This document shows, piece after piece, positions 48,043 to 64,000 of a stretch of DNA of 64,000 bases. The translations under genes were made by a program, and so were the position numbers. The notes under the pieces are model-generated. The model was not told the DNA's origin, searched no databases, and was given only the letters and a program-made list of their open reading frames with translations. The stretch's first letter is position 1. Each line of letters opens with the position of its first letter. This stretch comes from Mizuhopecten yessoensis (lineage: Eukaryota): contig NW_018408904.1 in assembly GCF_002113885.1 (NCBI RefSeq), positions 374,034-438,033 of the forward strand. Direction: 5' to 3'.

Positions 48043-51000
48043 GATTTGTAATATAACCTACTGTGAAAAGATGAGTATATATGTTGAAAGTGTATGTTGT
48101 GTCTTTACCTGCATGGAACGCCAAATGCAGTGATTTACCGGTACTTGAGACTGCCTAGATCTGAGTTAGTGATTAAGTTTTCACTGTATATCTACATGTA
48201 TGCTATAATTTTGGTGCAAATAAAACCACATGGGTCAACAGATATTTGTTGTAAATTAACAAAACAATAATATGGAACAGATTGGGCTTAGACACTAACT
48301 TCATTACCCAGAAAGATTGTTGATCTTTAATGGAAAAGCTGGGGGGCCTGGTCATAATGAGAAATGATTATTTCTCGGCTGCAGTCATGCTCTCATTGAA
48401 AATTTGAAACTAGAAGTTCTTTGGAGGATTCTAAATTATTTTGGAGTACATATGTACCTTGGTATTATATAGCTGCTTTATTCCCATGTGACATTTCTAG
48501 ATTCTTTTCTTCAATGCCTGAAATTGCTGGTTATATGTCAGTGTTTCGAAACATCAGGCATATATCAGCCTGTCGTGAATTTTCGGGCCTTGTGGCCACC
48601 AACCTTACAATAGATTATCTCCAGTGCTTCAGATGTGGTTTACTCACACGAGAGTTTGAAGTATACAGTACCATAGATAAAATGTTTTCTGCGAGAATAG
48701 GTCTTGACTTTTTATATTAAACATTGGGCCATTGTATACCTAAACAGTATACTCTAGTACATGTATTTATAACAAAAGTGATTTCCAGTTAAACTAAAAA
48801 GAAAAAACTAACATTCTGTTTCATGTATTCACTATTAGCAGAACTTTAATTTTTGATGCCAAGATAATTATAAGGTGTTGATGTTCTGATTTTCTTCAGT
48901 CCTTGCCCAGAATTCTAAGGATATTGCATTTTTACATGCTTTTGTCATAGTCAACCATGTTCATGTATATATATAAACATGTATGTTCTTACAGGAAAAT
49001 TGAGGGATCAAGGTTTACTTTATGTGGTGACGCATGTACACGTCTGTATATTTGATATTCTGACTGATCAGGTACACAATTTACATGAAATTATTGAAAT
49101 AATAATTTCTTGAAAACACTATTTTATATACATTTATGATGTATTCCTTCATTGATATGTTTTGTATATATACACATGTACTATGTATATATTATGTTGA
49201 TATGTTTCAGGCATTTTTTATATCCAGTTACAAAATTAATGTTTTAGTACAATGCTGAGCCAGCTGTTGCTTGCCCATGAAAAAGTCCTTTATTTTTTGT
49301 GGTTCTGTGTGACATGATGATTCACATTAAATTCATATTGAATTCATTATTGTTAATGGCATTCTTCTTTTGCATTAAAGCTTTCAATAGTACGTGTATT
49401 TGATTAATTTTGTGAGTGTTATTGGACTGTTGTTGAAAGTCTACCGAGTATTACATACACTATTTTTACGTAATGTTAAATGCCTTGTAATTAACAAGAT
49501 TTGTTGAGTTTATCTAAATTTGAATATAGCCATAAAAAAACAAATGTGTGATTTAAAAATTGCTGGGACCATTTGATACTGTAAGAAGAAATAGAAGCAC
49601 TCTTACATTGTTATGTTGTATTGATGTAGCTAGGCCAAAGCATACTGGTATATCGAGAAAAAATATTTTGTCCAGACTTGCCTTTAAACTTCAGTTTTCT
49701 CCAAATACTCATGAAAAAGCTTTAAAGCTATCCTTCAAAGCTCATACAAAAAGTTTAATCGAGTTTCGCCATTGTGGAAAATAAATATTGTGTGAAAGTA
49801 GTGACTGTTTGGGGACACAAATATTTAGTCCTGGTCTCATGATTTTCCTGACTTTCCCACATTTTTAGAACCACTATGTATTTAGTAATGGGACACACTT
49901 AGATAGACTTTGGCACACAGATGAATTGAGTTAGTCTTGAGACAAATTAATTGTAGCAGAAGAAAATCTGCTAAATTTATCCATTGACTGTACAATGCCA
50001 TTGACATCAACCATGTTGGAAATAATTATTTATATTAATACACCATAAAAAAACACATCGTAAGTATGTTTATTTAAAAAAAATCTATATGTTTATTTAA
50101 ATTTGTTCAATATAGCTGCAGTGATTGCTAGATGATGTGAAATTTGACACAAATTATATGCTCAGGCAATGTGAATCTGGTGCATGAAAAAAGAAACCAG
50201 CTGATCAACAGGTGGTAGTGTCATTGATTCCACCCTTAGTAGAAATTGAAATCCTAAAATATTGGAGTGTTTACATGAAAACCTGTACAATGTCCACAAT
50301 GAAAACATATGCCAGTTGACGTGCTGTACATGTAACTGTTACTGCTATTCCAGCTATTAAGTTTGTATTTTTATGTATTCATTTTCTCTATAGATGTACG
50401 ATGTGCTGACTAAATTGGTGTTGAACAATTAGAAAACATACTGATTTCATACATGTATATAAATACTTTTAAATGGTCCAAGTTAAAATTTGTGGAACTA
50501 TTTCAACTTTTATTTTGTCAAAAATTTAGAATACAAGTGGATATTGCATGGTGTTTGTTAGTGATATTTTAGTCTGTGTGAGAACTGATGTGAAAATGTT
50601 GTCTGCTGTATTTGTTTAGTGCTGTGATCAATGGCTTGATTGTAGAGGTAGTAACAATAATGTTATGTCTCTAAGATTTATATTTCATGATTTAGCATTA
50701 GAGTCAGTATTTATTTACAAGTGTAGTGGCTCATTGCATGATTTAATGGGTAAATGAATGTTCTGATATTTTCATTACTGTATTGTAAATAGAATGCCAT
50801 TTCTTGTCATCTTGTTCATATAAATTTGTAATGATAAGGAAGAAAGAGGGAGTTGAGTGAACCCATACCAACCATGTTTACTTGTTTATGAGATCATTTA
50901 CAGTGTAGTATGATTGTTTAGATTGTAACAGCATATGATCTAAAATTCTTGCTAAAGAATTACATAGGGTCAAGATAACCCAATTTCCATTATTGATATT

Positions 51001-51719
51001 CAATACATGTAATGAATGAAACATAAATAAACCTTATTTGAAGGCTTTAATTCTTTTACGGTCACACACCCTTATTTTTTTCAATCTTTATATATTAAAA
51101 CCATGTTTTCGTTTTGAATAAACTGCTAAATTTAAGCCTCAAATCCTAGTGACATATGCTAGTTAAAGAAATCAAATCGTTTGAGATAGAACTATGTTTT
51201 GGCTTTAAACTCTGATGTGTTTAACGCTAATGTGAATGTTTCACTACTACTTAAATGATTTAGTATTCAGCATGTTAATAATAATTTAGACACAACCCAA
51301 TTTGATTATGATTTAATGGAAAATTCTGTCAAATTACAGACTTCATCAAATAGCCTGCACAGGACATTTTTCCCTTTGAAATATCATACAGCCCCTGGGC
51401 AAAATGCAAAAAAACATGGTACATGTACTATATTTGTTTGAAAAATGCCATGCTAGTATTAAAGTTGTAGCTAAAGGTATTCCCAATTGACACATTAAGT
51501 AGTTTGTCTATGTGCTGAATGTGAACATGTTTGTCTTATTTTTGACAGGATCAGCTGTTGATAACGTTGCGTTCATAAATCCATATGTTACATATTGAAA
51601 ATCTCAGTACAGGATTGTATGCTAGTGAATAAAGGACTTGAATAAATGGTATGTAATGCAATAGGTAATTCATATGTTGTAGTGGAACTAGTTTCAGGAA
51701 GTTTTCATTTTGCATAAAT

Positions 51720-53016
51720 AATCTGTATTGATAAGGATGTACATGTAATCTGTATTGATAAGGATGTATATGTAATCTTTATTGATAAGGATGTACATAT
51801 AATCTTTATTGATAAGGATGTACATGGTACATGTGATCTTTATTGATAAGGATGTACATGTAGTCTTTATTGATAAGGATGTACATGTAAGCTGTATTGA
51901 TAAGGATGTACCTGTAATCTGTATTGATAAGGATGTACATGTACTCTGTATTGATAAGGATGTACATGTAGTCTGTATTGATAAGGATGTACATGTAGTC
52001 TGTATTGATAAGGATATACATGTAATCTGTATTGATAAGGATGTATATGTAATCTTTATTGATAAGGATGTACATAGTACATGTAATCTTTATTGATAAG
52101 GATGTACATGGTACATGTGATCTTTATTGATAAGGATGTACATGTAGTCTTTATTGATAAGGATGTACATGTAATCTTTATTGATAAGTATGTACATGTA
52201 ATCTTTATTGATAAGGATGTACATAGTACATGTAATCTTTATTGATAAGGATGTACATGGTACATGTGATCTTTATTGATAAGGATGTACATGTAGTCTT
52301 TATTGATAAGGATGTACATGTAAGCTGTATTAATAAGGATGTACATGTAATCTGTATTGATAAGGATGTATATGTAATCTTTATTGATAAGGATGTACAT
52401 GTAGTCTGTATTGATAAGGATATACATGTAATCTGTATTGATAAGGATGTATATGTAATCTTTATTGATAAGGATGTACATGTAATCTTTATTGATAAGC
52501 ATGTACATGTAATCTTTATTGATAAGGATGTACATAGTACATGTAATCTTTATTGATAAGGATGTACATGTAAGCTGTATTGATAAGGATGTACCTGTAA
52601 TCTGTATTGATAAGGATGTACATATAATCTTTATTGATAAGGATGTACATGGTACATGTGATCTTTATTGATAAGGATGTACATGTAGTCTGTATTGATA
52701 AGGATGTACATGTAGTCTGTATTGATAAGGATATACATGTAATCTGTATTGATAAGGATGTATATGTAATCTTTATTGATAAGGATGTACATGTAGTCTG
52801 TATTGATAAGTATGTACATATAATCTGTATTGATAAGGATGTACATGGTACATGTGATCTTTATTGATAAGGATGTACATGTAAGCTGTATTGATAAGGA
52901 TGTACATGTAATCTGTATTGATAAGGATGTATATGTAATCTTTATTGATAAGGATGTACATTTAGTCTGTATTGATAAGGATGTACATATAATCTTTATT
53001 GATAAGGATGTACATG
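51720..53016. repeat. 27-bp minisatellite (~46 units) with recurring 37-bp variant units
   Basis: Unit ATTGATAAGGATGTACATGTAATCT(G/T)T. Expanded GTACATGGTACATGTGATCT variants punctuate the array. Confidence 0.95.
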
Positions 53017-55440
53017 GAATATGTGTTTTGCCTCTTTAATGCTTTAGTCACATTAATGTACCAACATATCCAGGGTGTTTCATAAAAGAAATTCTTTGCA
53101 AACATCTGTTGTTTATGTTTTTCAATGTGATGGATTCAGTGCTCTCAAAACAAACCAAAGATTATTTTAATTGTGTTTTTTATTGGTGCTAGATTGTAGT
53201 TTATTTAAAAAAATAAATTAATCTTAGGTATGTGAAATAAGAAAATTGTTTTATTTTAATTTACTTATGAAGATGCCAGTTTGCTTCATCTTACTTGCAA
53301 AATACGGAATGTACAAAAATCTTGAAAGAGTGGTCATATCATCTAACATGTAATGTTTTCTTACACCTATTGAATAATATCATAGGGTGCACATAGTTTG
53401 TTTAATGGCTTATTACAATATTTGACAAGTTCAATAAAATTCCTATTTGATGTATATGTGTGTAAACTCATTTCATCACAAGACCTCATTATCAGAAAGA
53501 AAACAAAATGTCCCCAGCTGGAAAACATAGACTTACCGTGATCATGATCACCCAGAACAGCAATTCATCAAAATACCTGATGTTAGCTTTAAATTGATTT
53601 GCTAAATATTCCATTATCATGATCTGCATTTTGATCAAACTGAACCGAAATCTTGTCAGTGTTTGACTGGAGAACCAGCACAATCTCCAACAAGCAATTT
53701 ACCTTCGAAAATTGTGAAAGATAAAATTTTAATGTATGACTCTTTCATATTTGTAAAACACATAAATGTAATTGGTGGATTCGTAGAACATACAAATATT
53801 TGTTATTTTTGCATTTTTAGGAAATATTTGGGAAAATTGTGGTTAATGTTTTGTTCAAATGTTGAATATAGGAGGCAAATTGTTTCTATTACGACTGGTG
53901 CTTAATGTTTATTGTGTTGATCATTTCATTTTTAAGGACAGAAATTAAAAAAAATATGAAAGTACATACCTGTATGCAGTCATTTATTTTGTTATTTTAT
54001 ATCCATCTATTGTCACACCTGTGAATTTTTATCTTGCATTAGATTCTATGCTTGGACCATAACTTGACTTCACAGTGAGGACAACAGTGATAAAGTAAAC
54101 ACCTAACTATAATAAGATTTGTTATACTATGACTTTCACCATGAGGATTATTACTTTCATTAAATGTTTCAAATTTGATAATTTTTTCTAAATGACTAGA
54201 GCAAAAAAATTACATACGACTTTAATCTTCATATAGGGTAGCCTTTGGTTACTATCCGACATCCTCGATAGTCCAAGGATTTTTCCTCACTTACGCTATC
54301 TGCACCCCTGGGATATGTCATAGCAAAATCGAAGGCACAAAGATAGTGGTTTGATTGGTCTCCGGATATAAAAACCTGACCAATCGCCAGACTGAAACCT
54401 GACCGTGGAAGAATACAGAGGAGCAACACCCAACTTCAAAGCCAGTCATTTTTACCACTACGCAATCGCGAGACACTTTTCGAAACTACTCTTCTGCTCC
54501 CATCCACTAGGTGGTGCATTGAGCCTTCAATTTTGCTATGACATATTCCAGGGGTGAAGAGAGCGAAAGTGAATGTAACCCCTGGATATTGAGGATGCTG
54601 TCTGACAGCCTTCTTCAAGCCTACTGACAGGGGGACAGGCTTAGTGGTGTTCAGTCACCTTGCTAGGGAATATTCCCAAGCTATGACTGAACAAAGACGG
54701 CATAGGCAGCAGACAGGATGTGATATAATCTATCCTTGTTAGTCTCCCACTTGTTCCTGGGGTGGAAAAGAGGGTAGGGACTACAGGTTTTCACACTGTC
54801 CATCCATATGTTGAAAGATTTTGTCCGGGGCATATCTTTTATGCAATTTCAGCTGGGGTACCAGATTTGGTATCAAGTTCTGTGAATTATGGTTTGACCT
54901 TTTGACTTCAACATTTGAAAAAAGCTTGACCAAGGCATATACCAGGAAACTTTTGCCCAATCAAATATGTGCCCTTTGCCGATAAAATCCTTGTTTGCCA
55001 AGTATTAATTTCGCCTTTCACATGTATTCGTGTACTGTACTGTTGTTGGGAAGAACAAAATAAACGAAGATTAATGTATATATATATATATGCAGCAAAA
55101 TTTTCCCAGAACAGGATCTTATGTACTATTTTAAATTGGAGTACCAGGTAATCAGATTTGACATGCAAGTACGTCTCAGAATGATTGAGTTGGAGGTACG
55201 AAAAGTAGGTCACTGTGACCTATGGTTTGATCTTTAACCTCAACCTTTGAAAACAACAAGATTTGGTAATATGCAAGTACAATGTTGAAGTTTGAGAAGG
55301 TCGCCGTGATCTTTGAATTTGTCCTGTTATTCTCTGGGCATATCCTCTTTACCATTTCACCTGAAAGTATATCGAAGGATGGCGAAGTGCACAGTCAAGA
55401 AGTAGGTCCCTTTGACTTATGCTCTAACCTTAACCTTTGA

Positions 55441-56950
55441 TTTTTAGCTCACCTGCCCGAAGCATCTTTGGGGGAAGGGGAACCAATTTTGTTTAAATGG
55501 TGGGTGTGGCCCACCTGGGGGCTGAGGGGCGGGGCCCAATAGGGGAAATATAGCAAATTCTTTAAAATCTTTCTCCTTCTGAAGGAATGAAAGGATTTGT
55601 TCCATATTTGGTCAGAAGCATCCTTAGGGGAAGATGAACCAATTTTGTATAAACTGTGGGTCTGGTCCCCCAGGGGCCTGAGGGGCGAGGCCTAATAGGG
55701 GAAACATAGCAAATTATTCTTTAAAATCCTTCTTCTTCTGTAGGAATGAAAGTATTTGGTCCATATTTGGTGTGGGTCATCCTTGGGTAAAGGGGAACAA
55801 ATTTTGCATAAACGGTGGGTGTGGCCCCCCTTTGGGGCTGAGGGGCGGGGCCCAATAGGGGAAATATAGCAAATTCTTTAAAATCCTTGTTCTTCTGTAG
55901 GAATGAAAGGATTTGTTCCATATTTGGTCTGAAGCATCCTTGGGTGAAGAGGAACCAATTCCGTATAAACCGTGGGTCTGACCCCCCAGGGGCCTTAGGG
56001 GCGGGCCAAATAGGGGAAGCATAGCAAATTATTCTTTAAAATCCTTCTTATTCTGTCGGAATGAAAGGATTTGGTCCATATTTGGTGTGGAGTATCCTTG
56101 GGTAAAGGGGAACAAATTTTGTATAAACGGTGGGTGTGGCGCCCCATGGGACCTGAGGGGCAGGCCCAATAGGGGAAATAAAGGTAAAACTTTTAAAATC
56201 CTTCTTCGAACATCGGGATTAAGGGATTTTATCCTAATTTGGTCTGGAGGATCCTATGGCCAAGGGGACTCAATTTTGTATAAGCAGTGGGTGTGGTCTC
56301 CAAGGGGGCAGAAGGACGGGGCCCAATATGGGAAATAGAAGTAAATCTTTAAAATCCTTCTTCTACCATAGGGATGAAGGGATTTCTTCCAAATTTGGTC
56401 TGGAGGATCTTGGGCAAAAGGGACTCAATTTTGTATAAACAGTGAGTTTGGCCCCCCCTGGGGGCAGATTGGCAGGGCCCATTAGGGAAAACATAGCAAA
56501 TTCTTCAAAAACCTTCTTCTTCTGTACGTATGACAGGATTTTGTCCAAATTCGGTATGAAGCATCCTTTGGTGAAGGGGAACCAATTTTGCATAAATGGT
56601 GTGTCTAACCCCCCTGGAAGCAGAGAGGCGGGGCCCAATAGGGGAATTATAGGTAAAACCTTTAAAATCCTCTAATCTACCATAGGGATTAAGGGATTTT
56701 ATCCTAATTTAGTCTGGAGCATCCTTGGGCCAAGGGGACTTTTTGTATAAACAGAGGGTATGACCCCCCTAGGGGCATAGGGGTGGGGCTCTGTTTGAAG
56801 TTTGTTCTTGCTATTTCTCAAGTATTGGATGGATCTTTCTGAAATTTCATAGTACTTTCAGCACCTACCATTGAGTGTTATATCTTTACTTCATACCAAT
56901 TATTTTAAACACATTCAGGTGAGTGATACAGGCCCACTGGGCCTCTTGTT
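55441..56950 (-). mobile_element. HINE-like element of the same family as 35428-36699, in opposite orientation
   Basis: Left end TTTTTAGCTCACCTGCCCGAAG (half of the 3' hairpin, followed by a deletion into the core), ~9 cores of ~155 bp, and right end CAGGTGAGTGATACAGGCCCACTGGGCCTCTTGTT. Confidence 0.8.
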
Positions 56951-59900
56951 TTTACTTGTCATATATCCTATACTATTTCACCTGAATTATCCAAATCTAG
57001 TATGCATGATTATCTTTTGATGGCAGAGTATATTTTATTAAAAGAAGGTCACTGTGATATATGCTTTGACCTCAGTCATTGTAAATGTTTTCCAAAGCTG
57101 ATCTTTCTGATTTTAATTCTACTCGAGTAACCAAATTTGGTATGCAGATATCCCAAGAGGACAGAATTTGCTGTTCCAAACAAAAGTCAGTGTGATCTTT
57201 AATTTGACCTCTGATGATAATCATTGGAAAATGTTCCCTATTCTGTATCACGATACTTTCTTTACAATATGTTGATCCTGAGATAGGTGTACAACTTTGT
57301 AAATAAAGAAATCTTTATTGGTGGGGGATAATGGATTGCATTGCAATACTTGGCCATGTTGAGGTTGGTCTGGAGGCAGTAATGAATATCGCCTCCTTGA
57401 CCCTCTGTTGGAACCAGCGCAGGTCCTGGTCCAACACTCAGTTGTTGTCCCTGCTAACTGTTGGATTGATCTTGCATGAGGGCTTTTACAGGTGGTGTTT
57501 CAAACCCCATTTCTGTCCCCCCCACACATGATACTGGAAAGTATGCAATCTTTAAGAGTGTAGATGGCACCAGACAGGTCTATAGTAGATGTATTGTCTA
57601 TGGGAGCCACCAATATACCCCCGATGGTATTTTGGGGTTCAGTATTAATTGTCATCTCCACCATGCAGTTTTTTTCTGGTGATTACCTCCATACAAGTGT
57701 CATCATACAATAAGCACACATGCACTTTATGCCAGGTGAGCATACCTGATGGCCAGAAAGCCTGATTCCTCACCTGGATACAATATTTAAGCAATTATGG
57801 TATATTCTCATCGAAAGTAATACAGGAAATATTTCCCTATTCTGGATTCCGTTTCTCAGCAACCTGGGCTAATATTCAATACCTAGGTCCAAAGGATGTT
57901 CATAACAAGTTTGATGACCATGGTACTTGATGGGTTGAGAAGGAATTCTTAATATAACAATCCTGGTTGTTAAGATCATTAATTATATCAAAGGAGGATA
58001 CAAAAACATTAATTCATATCAGATTAATTTTCATTTTATTTGATGTGTTTGGAAATGAAACATTTACAAATGGAATGATAAAAATAGATACATGTGTAGT
58101 GTAAAACAGCTCTTTGTACTTGCACGTCATTAAAATATAAAAGGTACCTCTATCCAATGAATGAAAATCATGAAAATTTCATTATAAATAAGATCGTTAA
58201 AAAAAGGGAAAAGACAATTAATAAATAAACATTCTTTCTTCAGATCAATGCTCACAAACACTGCTCATGCTGTTGACACAATCCAATGTCACTCACACAC
58301 TTCAAATATACCTTTTATTGAATAAAACCCAATAGATGCAGCTAGCTGTTTATGTTATCACACTATCTGATGGTACTAATAGCTCTAAAAGTTGTTTTCA
58401 GGATGGCCCCCTTCCCTTTATCTATTCCAAAAGTTTACCGTATACACTAGAGGACTTGAAGGCAAATCACAACCCCCCCCCCTGGGGTCTGATTGGTCGT
58501 TTGGTTGAGGAGATCTGATATATTGTGATGTATGAGAACGCATTACGTGGTTGTTAGTTTCTATACCAGTATAGCATCTGTCAGCTGTCTATACAACCTC
58601 CGCAACCTAAATACTACAGCATACTGTAAATCAGACATAAGGACTCTTAATAATTGCTCATGTAAAAACAAATACAGATACTATAAAATGTCACTAGGGC
58701 CATTCTTGTTAGGTTATGACATATGAAAATCCAAACTGACCTGCTAAACCCGTGGCAGGCAATACACCTTTGGACAAAGACATTTGATTAGATCAGTGCA
58801 CTAGTTCAACTATCTGTTAAATCTACATGGCCTCCTGTAGTCTATCACAGTGGGGGATGTATTAGATATTTTACACAATTACACCAAACTAATCTACTAT
58901 CTGGTATACAGAAACATATACCTATCACATTTGACAATAAATGTTCTTAACAATAAACAAAATATTGTTCTTAAATAATGCAGCAGTGTAATTTTCATAT
59001 CAAGATTACCATAAAATAGTGAAATCACCATTGCAAAAAAAATCTTTATGTCATGAATCGATTACAAATGTTGTTTTTAGAAAACTGAAAATAAAGATAT
59101 ACCTATGCACATGAAATTACATAATTACATATATAATATGTATTATATATTGCATTACATATATACAAACAATTACCGCTACAATATATCATGTAATTGC
59201 ATGTACATGTATCATAATATTTTCAAGTTACATGATAAACATTCAATTTGATTGTCTGTGACTGAAGGTGAGTATAAGATCCTACTAATTAAACAGCCTT
59301 CCTTCCATGTAATCCTTACAACAACAATCTCTATGTCAAAAACATATTCCAAAGTAACTGGTAGACGCTAACATGGATATTATCATTTCAGATTTGCTAT
59401 GAAGTTTTTCCCTAAGACTGGTTGTATATGTCACTGAGACAAGTTATATCAAATCAGTAAATCATCCCACAGGTAATATTAACATAACAGCTGTAACATT
59501 GTAAAAACAGTATAACCACATTACCATGTTCATGATTACTGAACATTCTTACATGGTGCGTTACGGCCAAATGTTTACAATCACAACAACAACTGATGAC
59601 AGATAAAGTTATCCTGGTGATCCTTAATTCTTCACAGATTAGAAAAGCTAACACTTGGATGTGTTACAAGTTTTCTTAATGGCTAAGGTGTTGGGTTATC
59701 TCTTTAAAAAAATGCTGTGTCCATGATTGTTGTAATAAATAAAAGTAAACTGGTCTTTTAATGTTGTTATCAACCAAGTCTTCAATGATACAACTCATGA
59801 ATTTACTCACCAGGTTCAGCTGTCGACCTGCCACACAGTAGGTCATTTCCCCACCATAAACTGGATTACCATAGAAAATTTAAGGACAAGTTCATCTCAC

Positions 59901-60204
59901 ATCAACACAAACAGAGACTTTCTCTTTCTTTACATAAAAGCTCTTCACATGATTGGATTATTTATAAAGAACACAGATTTTGCTCACAAAGTTTACCTCA
60001 CACAAACATTCTTCTCTCCACAACTCTTCAAAATATTGGAGGTACCAAATAAAATAGTAACAGCATGAAATAATGGTAATACTGTAAAATTCCTATGAGA
60101 AATAATTGGTTAAAGTACCATATATAACCACACTAATGAGGACATATTTTGACAACTTATATTGTTACTTCTAGCGTAACAAAATTTCCGGATTTATCAA
60201 ACAA

Positions 60205-60890
60205 TTGATGTCAGTTAAGTAATGGAGTTCTGGTCCATGAGTAAAGTCAGTTAAGTAATGGAGTTCCTGTCTATGAGTGATGTCAGTTAAGTAATGGAGT
60301 TCCTGTCTATGAGTGATGTGAGTTAAGTAATGGATTCCCTGTCTATGAGTGATGTCAGTTAAGTAATGGAGTTCCTGTCTATGAGTGATGTAAGTTAAGT
60401 AATGGAGTTCCTGTCTATGAGTGATGTTGGTTAAGTAATGGAGTTCCTGTCTATGAGTGATGTAATTTAAGTAATGGAGTTCCTGTCTATGGTTGATGTC
60501 AGTTAAGTAAAGGATTCCCTGTCTATGAGTGATGTAAGTTAAGTAATAGAGTTCCTGTCTGTGGGTGATGTCAGTTAAGTAATGAATTCCCTGTCTATGA
60601 GTGATACCAGTTAAGTAATGGAGTTCCAGTCTATGAATGATGTCAGTTAAGTAATGGATTCCCTGTCTATGAGTGATGTCAGTTAAGTAATGGAGTTCCT
60701 GTCTATGGGTGATGTCAGTTAAGTAATGGATTCCTTGTCTATGAGTGTTGTGAGTTAAGTAATGGATTCCCTGTCTATGAGTGATGTCAGTTAAGTAATG
60801 GAGTTCCAGTCTATGAATGATGTCAGTTAAATATTGGTTTTCCTGTCTATGAGTGATGTCGGTAAAGTAATGGTTTTCCTGTCTATGAAT
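60205..60890. repeat. 36-bp minisatellite (~19 units), probably in or just past the IRE1 3' UTR
   Basis: Unit GTCAGTTAAGTAATGGAGTTCCTGTCTATGAGTGAT, ~600 nt downstream of the IRE1 stop on the minus strand. Confidence 0.9.
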
Positions 60891-61487
60891 GCTGTCTATA
60901 ATAAATGTAATGAAGTCCATACAAACAGAATGGTTGTTTTAATGTACAAAAACATGCTCATGGCTTGTTTGTCATTTTTTATAAGATGCAGGTGTAGTCC
61001 AAATGATCAATTAAAATTATATCATGTACACCTTTTCATCAATAATTAAAAAGGAAAAAAGACATTCTCTCTATTTTTCTCTCCAATGCAAAAGATGTCA
61101 GAACAATGGCTTGTGTTGTCTAAGTAATGTACTGAAAGACACTTTTTGGTTCACTGATATCACTCAAACATAAAGAAAGTAAAAAAATTCAATAAAATTA
61201 AACTCATAGTAAAATTACATAAACTGTACATAATACATGTAAAAGCCACCAAAACTGATTCTTTGATTCAACATTATAGGACTTTCACTGCACAAAAGTG
61301 TCATGAAAACTGTAGATTTGCACTAAATGTGTCATTTAAGTTGTAGAAAATATAGAAATATTGCACCGAGAGCACCACATTGTTTTGATAATTTCTGTCC
61401 TGTCTGTGCACTGTTACAATGTGTGTGATAACCTTGATCCTACCACACTGCTATAACGGGTCTGATAACCTTGGTCCTACCACACTG

Positions 61488-63599
<2,112 letters not shown>

Positions 63600-64000
63600 C
63601 TAAAACACAGATGACACAGACTCATGTCAGATCAGACATAACGGTTACTGCTTTATCTATATTATTGTTGCCCCATTTTGGGTCCAAGGGATATTACAGC
63701 AAAAAGTCTGAAGAAACAAAAAGTAGAGGCCCTTATAGTTCTAAATAAGAAATATGTTAAATTTGCAAATTTGTTTGCCCTTTCTTTATCAATTTTAGAG
63801 ACTGTTTGGATCCATATCACCTAAGCATGGTCCTTGCAAAGTTTGAATGAAATAAATTAATTTTCTCTAGAAGAGAAGTCAAAAATATGAAAATTTTATG
63901 AACATCAGATGATAACAATCATGAACAAATAACAATATGTGAGTTATGCCTTTGTGATCTAAATATCAACCTTAGGAAATTATTACACAAATTATCCCAC

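Noticed and set aside
57310-57720. GC-richer patches that may be old retroelement fragments (also 54230-54720)
   Set aside because: No convincing motif could be read by eye. A repeat-library search is needed.
60171-60920. 249-aa His-rich ORF (HRQELHYLTDIT repeats) downstream of IRE1
   Set aside because: It is coextensive with a 36-bp minisatellite, lies after the IRE1 stop, and has no splice or domain support.

Overview
AT-rich eukaryotic (animal) genomic DNA with spliceosomal introns. The repeat families (Helentron/HINE-like elements ending AACAAGAGGCCC...CAGGTGAGCTAAAA, Meta-SINE-like elements) suggest a bivalve mollusc (inference). Four genes can be built by hand with GT-AG junctions and consistent phases. 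(1) An intact-looking, 13-exon, ~804-aa ionotropic receptor of the IR25a/IR8a co-receptor type (minus strand, 11935-26239). (2) IFT27/RABL4 (7 exons, 187 aa, minus, 37566-46589). (3) A single-coding-exon ankyrin-repeat/SOCS-box gene head-to-head with IFT27 (47065-48042). (4) The last three coding exons (RNase/KEN domain) of IRE1 (minus, 61488-63599, continuing beyond the window). The rest is a decayed Ngaro/DIRS-like element abutting a decayed CR1/L2-group LINE, several HINE-like elements, a TA-flanked MITE, SINE remnants and at least seven long minisatellites whose long ORFs are most likely artefacts. The most unusual observations are three. A 23-nt perfect antisense copy of IR exon 5 sits twice just behind the exon 6 donor, giving possible exon-intron dsRNA in an iGluR-family gene. 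Tandem arrays are seeded from splice donors in IR intron 6 and the IRE1 last intron. The IR25a-like receptor keeps the co-receptor extra loop but has a remodelled pore and ligand pocket. No CRISPR or prokaryotic system is present.
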